64,000 nt of DNA from positions 558,001-622,000 of the forward strand of contig NC_079239.1 of assembly GCF_027921745.1 (NCBI RefSeq), read 5' to 3'. The DNA comes from Schizosaccharomyces osmophilus (taxonomy: Eukaryota). How positions within the stretch are numbered: position 1 is the first letter of the stretch; each line of letters starts with the position of its first letter. Under the pieces are notes generated by a model that saw nothing but the letters and a program-made list of their open reading frames with translations, was not told the DNA's origin and did no database searches. Position numbers and translations under genes: made by a program. Below are positions 50,003 through 62,399 of the stretch, in pieces.

Positions 50003-51451
50003 ATGCTTATCTTAACTGCCCCCCGATTTATGAACAATACAAAGTTGGCCAGTACTCGTCGACTTGCCTCTTCTCTTTTCTCGCAGGCCTCCTTACGCTC
50101 TAAGCTTCCTGCCACAGCTGCCGCCTCTTACTCTACCATCAAGGGAGGTTCTCTCAAAGACCGCCTCACTGAGCTTATCCCCCAAAAGCAAGAAGAAATT
50201 AAAAAGTTTCGTTCTGAACATGGCGGAGATGTTGTAGGTAACGTCACCGTCGATCAAATGTACGGTGGTGCCCGTGGTATTCGCTCCTTGGTTTGGGAAG
50301 GCTCCGTCCTCGATCCTAGCGAAGGTATTCGTTTCCGTGGATACAGCATCCCCGAATGCCAAAAGCTTTTGCCCTCTTCTCCCAACGGAAAGCAACCCCT
50401 TCCTGAATCTCTTTTTTGGCTTCTCGTCACCGGTGAGGTCCCCACCCTTACCCAGGTTCAATCTTTATCTGCTGAATGGGCTGCCCGCTCTCAGCTCCCT
50501 AAATTCGTAGAGGAACTCATCGACCGTTGCCCTCCTTCTCTTCATCCCATGGCTCAATTCTCCCTTGCCATCACTGCTCTCGAGCATGACTCTGCCTTTG
50601 CCAAGGCTTATGAGCATGGTCTCAACAAGCATGACTACTGGAAATACACCTATGAAGACTGCATGGATCTTATCGCCAAGACTGTTCCCATTGCTGGCCG
50701 TATCTACCGCAACATTTACCGTGACGGTATTGTTGCCCCCATCCAAGTTGACAAGGACCATTCTTACAACTTTGCCAATGTCTTGGGCTTCGCTAACAAC
50801 AAGGAATTCGTTGAGCTCATGCGTCTTTACTTGTCCCTCCATTCTGATCATGAGGGTGGTAATGTCTCTGCTCACTCTGGCCATCTCGTCGGTTCTGCCC
50901 TTTCTTCCCCTTTCCTCTCTATGGCTGCTTCTCTGAACGGTCTTGCCGGTCCCCTCCACGGCCTCGCCAACCAAGAGGTTTTGAGCTTCTTGAACACTAT
51001 GAAGGAGGAAATTGGTGATGACTTGTCTGATGAGCGTATCAAGAGCTACTTGTGGGATCTTTTGAAGTCCGGTCGTGTTGTCCCTGGTTATGGACACGCT
51101 GTTCTCCGCAAAACCGATCCTCGTTACACTGCTCAACGTGAGTTTGCTCAAGAATATCTCCCCAAGGATCCCATGTTCCAGCTTGTGAGCCGTCTTTACG
51201 AAGTCGTTCCCGCTGTCTTGACCGAACACGGAAAGACCAAGAACCCCTTCCCTAACGTCGATTCTCACTCTGGTATTCTTCTTCAATACTACGGCTTGAA
51301 AGAGCAAAACTTCTACACTGTTTTGTTTGGTGTTTCTCGTACCTTGGGTGTTGCTTCTCAATTGATCTGGGATCGCGCTCTTGGTTTCCCCATTGAACGC
51401 CCTAAGTCCTTCTCTACTGAAGCTTTAAAAAAGCTTGTTAATGCTAAGTAA
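50003..51451 (+). CDS. cit1: Mitochondrial citrate synthase
   Basis: [39 protein letters not shown] and PNVDSHSG; Arg/Ser-rich presequence. Confidence 0.98.
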   Translation: MLILTAPRFMNNTKLASTRRLASSLFSQASLRSKLPATAAASYSTIKGGSLKDRLTELIPQKQEEIKKFRSEHGGDVVGNVTVDQMYGGARGIRSLVWEGSVLDPSEGIRFRGYSIPECQKLLPSSPNGKQPLPESLFWLLVTGEVPTLTQVQSLSAEWAARSQLPKFVEELIDRCPPSLHPMAQFSLAITALEHDSAFAKAYEHGLNKHDYWKYTYEDCMDLIAKTVPIAGRIYRNIYRDGIVAPIQVDKDHSYNFANVLGFANNKEFVELMRLYLSLHSDHEGGNVSAHSGHLVGSALSSPFLSMAASLNGLAGPLHGLANQEVLSFLNTMKEEIGDDLSDERIKSYLWDLLKSGRVVPGYGHAVLRKTDPRYTAQREFAQEYLPKDPMFQLVSRLYEVVPAVLTEHGKTKNPFPNVDSHSGILLQYYGLKEQNFYTVLFGVSRTLGVASQLIWDRALGFPIERPKSFSTEALKKLVNAK

Positions 51452-52996
51452 TGATGATATGGGTAAATACGGGTTTCTTTTGTATACCATCAATCCTTGA
51501 TTAGACAATGACTAGTGCTAAGTTATTATTATGTTTTACTTTGTTGAACGCACAATTCAAAAACAGGTGATTACATTAACAAAGATTTTTAAATACTTTT
51601 TTTTACATATATATTTACATAACAAAATTATATAGCGAATATATTCAAATTCAATAGATATGTTAGACACGCATAGTCAGACAAAAACCATCTCATATCG
51701 GTTTCTATCCCGGCTTAATTGGTGTTTTTTTTTCTACATCTATGCAGCGTACCAAAAATCAAAGCAACTGCTCATTTTAGTTACACGTGGATTCACAAAG
51801 CCAAATTCAGTCTTAAAAAAAGACCAACTTTGGACTTTCAATCGTGTTGCATAGATCCTTTGGTCGAAGTATATCTAATCGCATTGGTATTTATGCAACT
51901 TCAGCAGCAACAGTCACGCTTCGTTATATCATTCTCCTTCGTTTTGTTTACATGGTAATAATCTTGAAAAATAAAACCGTGATTCCCTCGAATTTTGCCA
52001 AATTACGTACAAGTTACGATCTTTTAAAAAACCAAAAAAAGGATGGTGTAGTTTATGACTCGGCTGAATAGAGACAAGGAGTCTTGTGATTATTCACAAA
52101 TAGGGGTTTCATCCTACATACAAATGACAAAAAATTTGTGTGAAAACGTTCAATGATTTCTTGCTGGTTTACAAATTGGCTTAAATTCGCCAGCGACGCA
52201 AACAAATATATAGAAAGCAATAAGTATAGTGTATAGCATACATATCTAATTTTAATAAAGCTCTTGTGTACAAAAGAATCATAACAAATATATTATGAAT
52301 CCCTCTTCAAGTCTATGAATTTATACACCTTTAACTTCCCTGTTCATTGTGTGTGAGTGGTCTTTATGAAATTCGCCTTTATTCTATATTATTTTATTTG
52401 ATTGATTCTTTAAGATTGAAGAACCTATCAAATATAACAGCTTCGTTCTCTCAATATAACGACTTTAGAATATTAGCTGTTATTTCAACTAACTATTTGT
52501 TTATTTGTGTGGTATAAAGGAGTTTTTTTAAAGCAACATTTATCGTATACAAGTTACAAATATCATAGTAAGAAATACGCTATACAGTTCAAAATACGCA
52601 GGAAACCATTAGATGGGACTAGAAATGTTTTCTTTGTAATTTTTAGAAGTAAGTGTTTAACAAACAAGGGTTACCATCGAGACTGTAGTGCAATGAACGT
52701 TGAACTGAGGTATTGGCAATACGAAACTCCAAATTTATTTGAGAACTTACTTTGAACGAGTGAATCAACTTTATAGATTCTAATTTGCAAACTAACAAAA
52801 AAACACGCAGGTAGGATGCGATTTGTTGGCATTTTGCTTGGACGGATGGTCTACGCTGTATCCTACGTAAATAGACACACACCGCGTTTAATTTTCAACA
52901 TCTACCAATATCGACGCGAAAACACCACAAATTACTTAAAGCAGAATTCATTGAAGAATAACTTAATTTATAAATTCTTATAACTTAACCATAAGC

Positions 52997-53812
52997 ATGA
53001 TTCGTGAAGCTACACATGTCAATGTAAAACTGGAACACGAAGGTCATTTGCGAGGTTTGTTGAGGAGGCGAAATTCTATGAAACGACCCATGATTCAACT
53101 TAAATGTGACCCTGGAACTTTGAAACAAAAACCAGTGGAAGAGTATACAACTCAAACTGTCAAACAGATGCGTAGCGAATTAAACAACATGTTAAGAACA
53201 ATTACAGATGCAATTACTCAACAGTTAACTTTGAACCGACAAGTCCACTTGGATGGAGTCAATCAATTGCAGAAAACCCTTCTTTCCGTACTGAGGCCAT
53301 TCGAACAAATAGACCTACTGCAATTAAATATGATCGCGGTAAACTACTCCTTGATAAATATTTACTCTTCTTGCGAGGATATGTATTCATTTTTAATGGT
53401 GTATTATTCTACGATTACATTGTACGAAAGGGTGGAAATTTTTCTGAGAAAAGGCCTGGAACTAGTTGATCAACTGTACGATCTTCTGTACTTTCAAACA
53501 ACATTGCAATTTACGATGGCTCGTGTACCCCTATCAAGCAATGGTCTTCATAATTTGAACCTTCTAGTTTCTACACTTCAGAAACAAGCCATTAGTTTGA
53601 GTTCCACGGCGACAGCATTAATTCCTTTACAAGAAGAGCTTGAACAAGTTAATTATTACCACAAATGCTGGCAACGAGCACACACCGTCCTTACCATTTT
53701 TGCAGAGCCTCATCGTCTGCCAAAAAATGTTCGCAGTGAAATTGCTTCGTGGTTTCAAAATATGCCCAACTGCTATCCTAAGCAACTTATTTTACTAAGA
53801 CTGTGCCTTTGA
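52997..53812 (+). CDS. meu43: Schizosaccharomyces-specific helical protein, probably meiotic (Meu43-like)
   Basis: 271-aa ATG ORF with no recognisable domain; carries a DSR motif cluster; symbol from recalled synteny only. Confidence 0.6.
   Translation: MIREATHVNVKLEHEGHLRGLLRRRNSMKRPMIQLKCDPGTLKQKPVEEYTTQTVKQMRSELNNMLRTITDAITQQLTLNRQVHLDGVNQLQKTLLSVLRPFEQIDLLQLNMIAVNYSLINIYSSCEDMYSFLMVYYSTITLYERVEIFLRKGLELVDQLYDLLYFQTTLQFTMARVPLSSNGLHNLNLLVSTLQKQAISLSSTATALIPLQEELEQVNYYHKCWQRAHTVLTIFAEPHRLPKNVRSEIASWFQNMPNCYPKQLILLRLCL
53079..53185 (+). promoter_or_regulatory. DSR (Mmi1-binding) motif cluster
   Basis: Five U(U/C/G)AAAC hexamers in 107 nt at 53079, 53121, 53152, 53160 and 53180. Confidence 0.7.
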
Positions 53813-53953
53813 TACTTACACTTTTACAAAAAGATAAATTCAACTCGAGTGGAAATGATAATAATATACATATAGGATGTCACACGAATACAATTTACAC
53901 AATAACATATCTAACGTAAACATATTATGCGAACAGTATTAAATTAAAGTACA

Positions 53954-56900
53954 TTATCTTTGTAATTTTGCATAACTTGAAGGTTTCAGTTTTTGCTTCA
54001 ATGCTCTTCCACTCCAAACAGGTAAGAGGCTGATAAATAATATAAGAGCTGACACCCAGTAAAACTTGAGCCCCAGGAAAAATTTCAAATCTACTTGTTA
54101 GCAATAAACTTTAAATTAGTGCTCTTACCAAAATAATCAGTTAAGAAAGGAACGCTCAGAGTGTAAATCATTAGGCTTAGCATTTCTGACATAACAATTG
54201 TTTGATCCCTAAATATATGTTAACATCACTTATTTTCAAAAATAACCCAGTCTTACCATCTGTTAATCTGGAGGGCTACCATAATGAGCTCATTTAAAAT
54301 TAAACAGGAGAAACAAACAGCTAGCATTTGACCTTCAACGTCGAATCCGACAAGTACGTAAGTAATCACTTGTATTATTACGCCTTAAAACAATTAGTAC
54401 CAAATACCTATTTAGGTCACATACCTTGGTAAATACTGATTAAAACACAAGACGTAAATGATTTAATGGAAAAACATTTGTCTTCTCTCATCTCCTTGTA
54501 AAGCTCTGGAAACAGAAAAACCAATTTTTCACTCACATCTCTATCATAAACAATGGAGAAAACGGGCAACATTGTATACATCGTCGAGTACCCCACCAAC
54601 AGTAACCCTTGAAACAAAGCAATGGGCTCAAAATTCGAAATTATACTGTATACAACCTGACAAATGGAAATAATTAAACCACGGTGAATAACGAACATTG
54701 CCAATTTCGAAGTTTGCTTGTAACTTATACGGCCATGCCACAAGAGTAAACGAGCAACGTGGCTGAATTCTTTTATGCTATAGTCAGCAGCAAGACTGGC
54801 CTGTTGACCCTCTTTTCCGACAACACCGACACCGATATTTGCAACTTGAATCATTCCAACATCATTACCTCCATCACCTATACAGCAGACGGAAGCAGAT
54901 TTCTTCTTTTGGATCAAACGTGTCATGTTTGCTTTCTGGGTAGGCGTACACCTGCAAATTACCACGCAAGATAAGTCAGAGACTGCTTCTATAAATTCAT
55001 CCTGCAAATATCCGACACAGAATTCCATGGATTCTCCGTCTATTATGAGACAGCAGTCTGGTTTTCCAGCTAAAATCATCAACTGATTCTGCGCATCTTC
55101 TTGAGAATTAAGTTTGGAAATGGTGTGAATGTACTGACCTCGAGAAACAAGCCTCGATGATATGGCGATACATCTAGCAGTTTCCACTTTATCTCCTGTA
55201 AGCATCCAAACATGTATACCAGCGTTTCTAAGTAATTCTAAGGTTACTTTAACATCCTTTTGAAGTTTATCTTCAACACCAGTGAGTCCAAGTAAGTCCA
55301 TGTCATTCTCCAAATACTTCGAAATAACTCCTGCCATCCTCTTATCCCTTGAGCCAGAAAAAGACACGTTTGCTTCTGCATATAAAGTAGCAAACGAATT
55401 ATATTCTTCATTAGTTAAGTCTTTTTTTGCAACTACTAAGGTTCGGAGCCCCTCCCTGGCCATGTTTCCGCATTCTTCGTCAAGCCAGAAGCTTGGACTT
55501 ATGAATTGCTGCATGACCGAATCTGCACCTTTGAGGTAAAACGTAATTTGTCCTTCTGGTGAGCGGACCACGATGCCCATTCTCTTTGTTTCGGATTTGA
55601 ACGGAAAAAGTTGTAAAATTTCATATGACGACGTATTAAGAGTAATACTTGCTCGATTACGATGTGTCAAAACCAAGCCCATGCTGCTAGTCCATCGAAC
55701 AATTGCGACCTCATCAGGACTTGCGGCTTGAAAACTAACAGAGCCATCAGTAGTTTCAGACGGAGTTACATTATGGCACAAGGAAAGGGCTAAAACGGTT
55801 GTTCGGACTATGTCTTTTGTATCATCACTCAACGGAATATGAGCCGTAGAATCATTAACACAGGCCTGAACAACATCCATTGATTCATTGGAAAACCCGA
55901 TGGCTCCCAAATGCAGTTTTTTCATTTCCATTTCATTTTGTGTTAAAGTACCAGTTTTATCAGTTAACAGGTACTCAATTCTACCTAGTTCTTCTGGAAT
56001 ATTGCTGCTGCGGACAACGACATCAGGTAAATTAGGATCCGCCTCGGTATGTTTAGAATGAACAATTTTAGCAATATCTAAATTCACACGTAAATTAATT
56101 GGAATAATACTCGAAAATAATATCAAGTATCTGAAGATAGCAATGTACCAATTTTCTCGTATTCCGTGGCTGAATGTAAGTATTACGGAAAGTGTAAGGA
56201 CGATCATGCAAAGAATTTTAGAGTAGAAGTTGACTTCTTTCTCTAATAAGCCAACTTTTGTTTTCGCTTTTGAACTATTTAAGGATTGACGAGTATCTTT
56301 ACCGGTATAAATGACAACACCATAAACCGCCTCACTGGCTAAGACGGTATTCGCCCAAAGTGTATTATCCACAGTAAGCGGTCTTCTATTATCATTCAAA
56401 GTAAAGGTACCATAAAAGTGATGGACAGATTTGATGGGGGAATCTGCATGAATGATTCCATGTGAATACTGATTTGAGCAAGGTATCCGCAGTTTCCAAT
56501 CCGTTTCTCCGTCGAGCTGATCCGTTCGAACAAAAGCTTCATTTCCAACAGATGTGTGCATCAGAACCATGTCTGCGGGTACTCTTTGATCCTTTGATAT
56601 GAGCACAACATCGCCTACTTGAATATTCTGAGCAGCACAGGGATTGTTATTAACAATATAAATTTCATTATTGGCAAATGAATCCCTTCTTCTCCGTTTT
56701 AAATCATCGATAGCTTCTTTTGTCAGCGTGATCATCAACACAAAAATCAAAGGAGCGATATAAGTTGATAGGTATCCAATTTTTAGGGGAGGAATAAGCT
56801 GGGATAAAGACACCAATAGAAAGTACATATTGTAAAAATAGCGAAACTGCTCAAATAAACATTTGGGAAGAAAGCTAAAAGCATCATATTTGGTATTTGT

Positions 56901-57188
56901 TACAGCGTTACTTCCGTGGAGAGGATTAGGCCGTCCTACTTCTATCATCCGAAAGCCGGATTCAAAATTGGTATCCATATCCTGTTGGGAACCCTCATGA
57001 ATTGAAATCAAAGAGTCCGTTTCCTCCTGGCCGTAGGAATGTCGTACTTGTCCTAGCGATGCAGATGAGCCGCGGTTTCTTTCCCTCGTATTGGAGAGAA
57101 CACTCAAAGGTATGATGGAATTCTTTTCGCCTTTATCCTGAAGCCAACTCTTCATCCTCAATTGAACGCCATTCAGTCTCGGCTTCAT
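53954..57188 (-). CDS. neo1: P4-type ATPase (phospholipid flippase) Neo1; exons 57188-54425, 54383-54257, 54208-54129, 54090-53954
   Basis: TDQLDGETDWK, LLTDKTGTLT, QAASPDE, LTGDK and IGDGGND motifs; C-terminal KPSSYAKL after splicing three introns. Confidence 0.93.
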
Positions 57189-57759
57189 ATTGGATATGGC
57201 GGTTAAGACTTAACTAGACGTTCCAATAATGGCTACTTTTTTCCTGTAATTTAACTTTAATAGTTAGGAGTTAGAACTCTCAACGTCCACCTAGAATGTT
57301 TATTTCTCTTTAAGAACAAAATATTCGCATTGGATATGTTCAGGTGAAACACAGCAATATTATACTACACCATTACTACTACGATTCAAACAGATACTTG
57401 AAGTAAACAATCCTCTTCTGTTATATCATTTAAATGTCTAGAAATATCGTCTATATCTATTGATTATTTTTTGTTTTCGTTGGCCTGCTGACAGAATGGA
57501 CTTAGAAGAAACGACATACATTCTGCACTAATTCCGCAATATTGGTCTACATATCAGAGTTGCTTTCTTTTTGTTTTCCCTTCGAACATTTTCTTTGACG
57601 TTCTTAAAGTCATGTCCAATATTGGAAGTTATGAGCTGAATGGTAAACTATTTCAAGCAAACAACAGCCTCAAACTTTTCTTTGAGACTGCAATTTATTT
57701 TTTTACATCTATGAGTTTGTTGGACGATAAACGTTTGTTTTGGTACGTTGAGCAAGAAT

Positions 57760-57772
57760 GTAAACAAACAAA
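57760..57772 (+). promoter_or_regulatory. FLEX (Mei4 forkhead) element
   Basis: GTAAACAAACAAA about 160 nt upstream of the mug68-like ATG; a second GTAAACA at 57403-57409. Confidence 0.75.
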
Positions 57773-57921
57773 TCGTATGTGAGTGTTGATTTTTTTGGGT
57801 AAAATAAACACAAATTAAAGGCGCTTAACAAACACATCATACCGATCAAAGTGATTCCTTCTACTCAATAATCGTTCCTTTACTGATTTATGTCAAAAAA
57901 GCTCTAACGTTTTGTGCGAAA

Positions 57922-59460
57922 ATGGAGAAGTCGGCGAATTCTTTAAATGTAGGATTTGAGGAAGTCCAAAAGTTACTTTCTCTGGTTCAACAACAAACTA
58001 GTCTGCAATTAATACAAGTCTACAGAAGATGTGAAGGACAAGAGTCGTTGCTTTTAGAATTGGCAAACAGCATCCAAGCGTATTTCTCAGTAGCTGATCC
58101 ACAGCAACGAAAGCTGGAAGCTGTGTACGAAACTCAACTCCTGATCCTTGAAGAGAATAATCATGCTAGTAAAAACTTTCAGTCCTATAAAGGTGATATC
58201 CGTTTATCGAAAAATAGAATTGAACAGGTCTTGGATAAACTAGTGGATTTTTTGTCTTCGACTTCTTTTTCGGACAATAGGATGGCTATTAATGACTCTG
58301 ATCATTTGCCTCAGGAACAATCTCTAGACTCGTCCTTGAAAACACAAAGAGGACGGACCAGTGAGATGCATGATTTTGGATCTTGCAAACAACAGGACAA
58401 TGAAGAGACTTCTTCTGTTAGATACAGTAGCCAAGAAGTAAGCCCGTATAAAGGAGACCTAACAGATACGCCTCCTATCCAAGAGATGCTTCCTTCGCGT
58501 GATAACGGTTCTTTCTATCGAATCCCTCAACGTCCATTTGAATCCAGTAATTCCTTTCACTTGAACGATTCACCAAAACAAAAGTTTGATAGGACGAATG
58601 GAAACGCGTGCTTGTTTTCGAAAACAGAAAATAAAGATAATACTAGAGAATTTTCTTCCTTTTTCAAATCCAACGATCCTAATCCACTCTCAAGCTCGAA
58701 AAAGGACATGAAGAATAATGAGTATGTGTATGGGAGTACACCAAAAAAGGAGCTCGATGACAGGAGGTCTCTTTCTTCTGAAAACTCTATAAACCTATCG
58801 TCGAATTTGGATCTTTCTCAAAAAAGGATGCATGAGCGAGGAACGAATCCAAATGATATTATGGCAGAAAAACAGCAATTGCGAGAAATTCGAAAGAAAA
58901 ATCCAGAAATAAATAAATTGGTATACGAGAAATCACCAAAACTTGAACAAACCGTTAATTACGCTCGCCTAGCAAGGTCTGTTTCGTTTCTTTCTTTAAA
59001 AGACAAAAAGAATAAAGTGTCGAGAAAGTCAAGAAAGAAGAAAAACCCATTAGAAAACAGTGACAATGGAAACTCAAATCGTGTATCTAGATCTAACGGT
59101 AAAGGCATTCATGCTGAAGGATCTCTGAGCCCTTCCGGGCATCACAAAATGCATTTATCAACCTTGAAACCAAATCAAAAGGTAATGGCCATTGATAAAG
59201 AAAACCAGCGTATTCGAGATCCGAAACTACGAAACAGCTTGTCAAAAACTTCAAATAGCTTTCTTCATCCTGGTGAAAGTACTAAGTCTTGCTTCAATAA
59301 TGAATATTCCGATGAATGCAATCACGATGATAAACTAAAAGAAAGTACTACTGTTTTACTTCGTGGACAAATAAATGATTTTCCTCAACAAATATACCCT
59401 GCTAAGGTTAATAATCGAAAGCAAATGTTTACTTTAGATTTTAACGATTGGCATATTTAA
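57922..59460 (+). CDS. mug68: Schizosaccharomyces-specific, largely disordered protein, probably meiotic (Mug68-like)
   Basis: 512-aa ATG ORF with helical N-terminus and low-complexity remainder; FLEX promoter; symbol from recalled synteny only. Confidence 0.62.
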   Translation: MEKSANSLNVGFEEVQKLLSLVQQQTSLQLIQVYRRCEGQESLLLELANSIQAYFSVADPQQRKLEAVYETQLLILEENNHASKNFQSYKGDIRLSKNRIEQVLDKLVDFLSSTSFSDNRMAINDSDHLPQEQSLDSSLKTQRGRTSEMHDFGSCKQQDNEETSSVRYSSQEVSPYKGDLTDTPPIQEMLPSRDNGSFYRIPQRPFESSNSFHLNDSPKQKFDRTNGNACLFSKTENKDNTREFSSFFKSNDPNPLSSSKKDMKNNEYVYGSTPKKELDDRRSLSSENSINLSSNLDLSQKRMHERGTNPNDIMAEKQQLREIRKKNPEINKLVYEKSPKLEQTVNYARLARSVSFLSLKDKKNKVSRKSRKKKNPLENSDNGNSNRVSRSNGKGIHAEGSLSPSGHHKMHLSTLKPNQKVMAIDKENQRIRDPKLRNSLSKTSNSFLHPGESTKSCFNNEYSDECNHDDKLKESTTVLLRGQINDFPQQIYPAKVNNRKQMFTLDFNDWHI

Positions 59461-59839
59461 TCGAATTTACTTTCGCGCTTAATTCTTGAATCCATAATGG
59501 GATATTTCCATCATTTTTGAGAGCACAGACAGATACGTCCTTTTGTTCACACTTTCAATTAAGGCTTCGTATACAATATGATATAAAAACATTCTTGTAT
59601 TTTCTTCGCTTTTTACATAAAAAAAAAGAAATTATCCTTTTACATATTCACATAGTGTAGGATATTACTAGTGCAAAGCGATATACTCATATATATGTAT
59701 ATAAAGGGAATTACTACGTCAAGTACGAGTATGTATGTTTAAGAAACACATCGTAGCAGATTTATCCAGCGAACATATATATATAACGTTGATAACGATT
59801 ATTTTATTTTCTTCTTGATTTTTCTTAATTCTAAATAAA

Positions 59840-60622
59840 ATGTATGCGAGTCTAGGACAAGCGCTTCAAGAAAACTGTGGAATTGAATATGTTCAAAAAA
59901 CAATTACAGAGGATCGTAATACTTTGAATGCTTCTGATGCGGTAAGGGAATTTTATTGAATTTATTCTATCTCTTGAAATAGGGGCCAAGTAATGTCAGA
60001 TTGCTAACCTGGCTAATTGCAGGATAAACGAACGCCTCTTCATTGGGCTTGTTCTACGGGAAAAGTGGACGTAGTTGAATATCTCTTAAAACAACCAGAC
60101 ATCAAAGTCGACGAGAAAGATGAAGCTGGTTGGACTCCTTTAATGGTTGCTATCTGCAACAAAGCCATTCCTGATTCATTGATTGAAACCATTATGGAAC
60201 GTTCTGATGTCAATATAGAGATGACGACTCGTGGAGGACAAACATGTCTCCATTATGCCTCTGGAAAAGGTCGACTTCCTATTGTTCGCAAGCTATGCGA
60301 ACGTAGCCCCGGCTTAATCAGAACACGAGATCTCCAAGGGCAACAATCGCTGCATCGAGCGGCTGCAGTAGGTCACCCCAATGTCGTAAAGTATCTTCTT
60401 TCTCAAAAATGTCCCTTGAACGCTTCCGATTCATTTGGATTTACCGCCCTTCATTTTGCCTTAGCAGAAGGTCATACAGACATTGCTATTGACCTAATTA
60501 AGTCGGGTGCCGATACTCTGCGCACTGACAAAGAAGGCCATACAGCTTTAGACGTCTGCATGGACCGTAGCATTCGACAAGAGTTTATCGACACATGCAA
60601 GCAAGAAGGACTGGACATATAG
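59840..60622 (+). CDS. nas6: Ankyrin-repeat proteasome assembly chaperone (gankyrin/Nas6); exons 59840-59941, 60023-60622
   Basis: DKRTPLHWAC, DEAGWTPLM, GQTCLHYA, LHRAAAVG and GFTALHFA ankyrin repeats; canonical intron. Confidence 0.9.
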
Positions 60623-61034
60623 AAATTTTGAAACGATCAAGATGAGTACAATAAAATGCTTTGCTGCTTCCAGGCACAAACCTGCTTTAACAACATAAAT
60701 ACAATGTGAAACGTCTTTGCGTACTGAAAGCTTTGCATTTTTTGTATAGAATTGAAAGCTCCTGGGTAAAATGTAAGTTCGTAATTTCGATTATGGGCAT
60801 GCAACAATCAGGGTTCTGTGCAAGACTCGAGAAAATATTGAATATATATATATTTTAAATAAAATTGAAAGCTTAACATAATTGTTTCCTGAACTTGACA
60901 AGAAAAACTCTCTTCAATCCGTTACATTCCGCCCTTACTCCTTTTCTTCTTGCTCTGGCTAGTAACGTACTTGCTCTATACTTTTTTGGATAGAGCGCTT
61001 TTGAAGGTGCAAGGGTTGCGGAATTATAGACAAC

Positions 61035-62254
61035 ATGAATACAACTTTTTCTGATTGTACATTTACTGAAGAATCAGGAGATGAAATAACCAACATATCT
61101 TACTTAGAGAAACAAATTGAGCAACAGCGCTACCAAACATCGGTACGTATGAAACCTCATGTATTCGTGAAAATCTAACATTAGTAGGTTGAATTACTGC
61201 TTCCTGTGCAAAATGAGAGCGATGCCATCACAACCAAAATTGTTGATATGGTAGATAGCCTTTCGTATTACGAATTTACCGGAAGCCCCGATATTCTCCT
61301 ATTTCCCGACTTGTATAATAATCTCTTGCATTCAGGTATTAATTTATAGCTAATAAATGCGAAGCTTTGGTGTCTAACCTATGTAGGAAAAGCGTTCCTT
61401 ATTTCTCAGGCGCCTTATGGTTCTGATGACCAAATCTCAACAGTTAATGGTAAATGATTTACTAAACTTGAAGTCAGTCTAACAAAAGTGAATAGGAAAA
61501 CTACATGTCACACTGAGTAAAGACTCATTTCTTCAAACAGGCCTGGATGCTCACCCAGCTTCTTCAAAGACGACTAACTCTTTATGGCATGCTTCTTACG
61601 ACCTGAAAACGACTTTTTTACAATCTCACCGAAAGGGCTTTGAAAGACTGAAGAGTGCACTTGGTCGCTTTAATAATCAGTGGACATTTTACATGGGAAT
61701 TCCTCCAGAACATATAGACGAATCTTTTATGAAATCTTTAAAAAAATCGTTTCCAGTACCTTTAATACAGCACCATTTACGTGTTGAAAAAAGTGTCTAT
61801 TCATCCGTTATAATTCCTCCGCTCATCAGTTCTCTAAAAAATATAGGTAGCACGGATGACTCGATAGAAAAATCCGTCGATACTTTAGAACAAATGTCTT
61901 TGTTGCTTTTAAATGCAGATGTTATACATAAGGACTACTCATCGGATCCTTATATATGCTCCTATAAACCTAATTCTAATAGTACATCTGATATTTTGGC
62001 TATTTCAATAGTAGGTCTATTTGACTCGTCTGTTTCCATGCGTGTCTATAATTTACTAAGGTAAGATTTCCTTTTATTTTTACTATTTAAAAATTAACAA
62101 AAATAGGGATTTGGATTGGGGTTTCTGTGTCTTCCGTAATGAACATCTTTCCTCAATTCCTGAATCTTTAGCAGCTCCTGGCAAAGCCAACCGAACTTTG
62201 CTTTGCTTAAATCAAAAAAGTCAAAATATACGCTGGACTTGGAAAATAACTTGA
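61035..62254 (+). CDS. rpp40: RNase P/MRP subunit Rpp40; exons 61035-61142, 61188-61335, 61387-61449, 61496-62060, 62107-62254
   Basis: Continuous ORF after splicing four introns; NGKLHVTLSKDSFLQTGL and DPYICSY resemble Rpp40 blocks; recalled synteny. Confidence 0.78.
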
Positions 62255-62399
62255 AAATAGGACGATATTGGGAACATCGTGTACATTATTCTTAGTGAAT
62301 AGAATGGTTATAATCAGCTATAATTATAAATAAATTGCGTAACCAAATATCCCAAAAAACCATATCCCAAATTTCATTACAAAAACTAAACTCTATACA

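Noticed and set aside
50465..51361. 298-aa ORF antisense to cit1 (likewise 12917-13369 opposite rpl9 and 5500-6015 opposite cmb1)
   Set aside because: Shadow ORFs in register with highly biased genes; no recognisable motifs.
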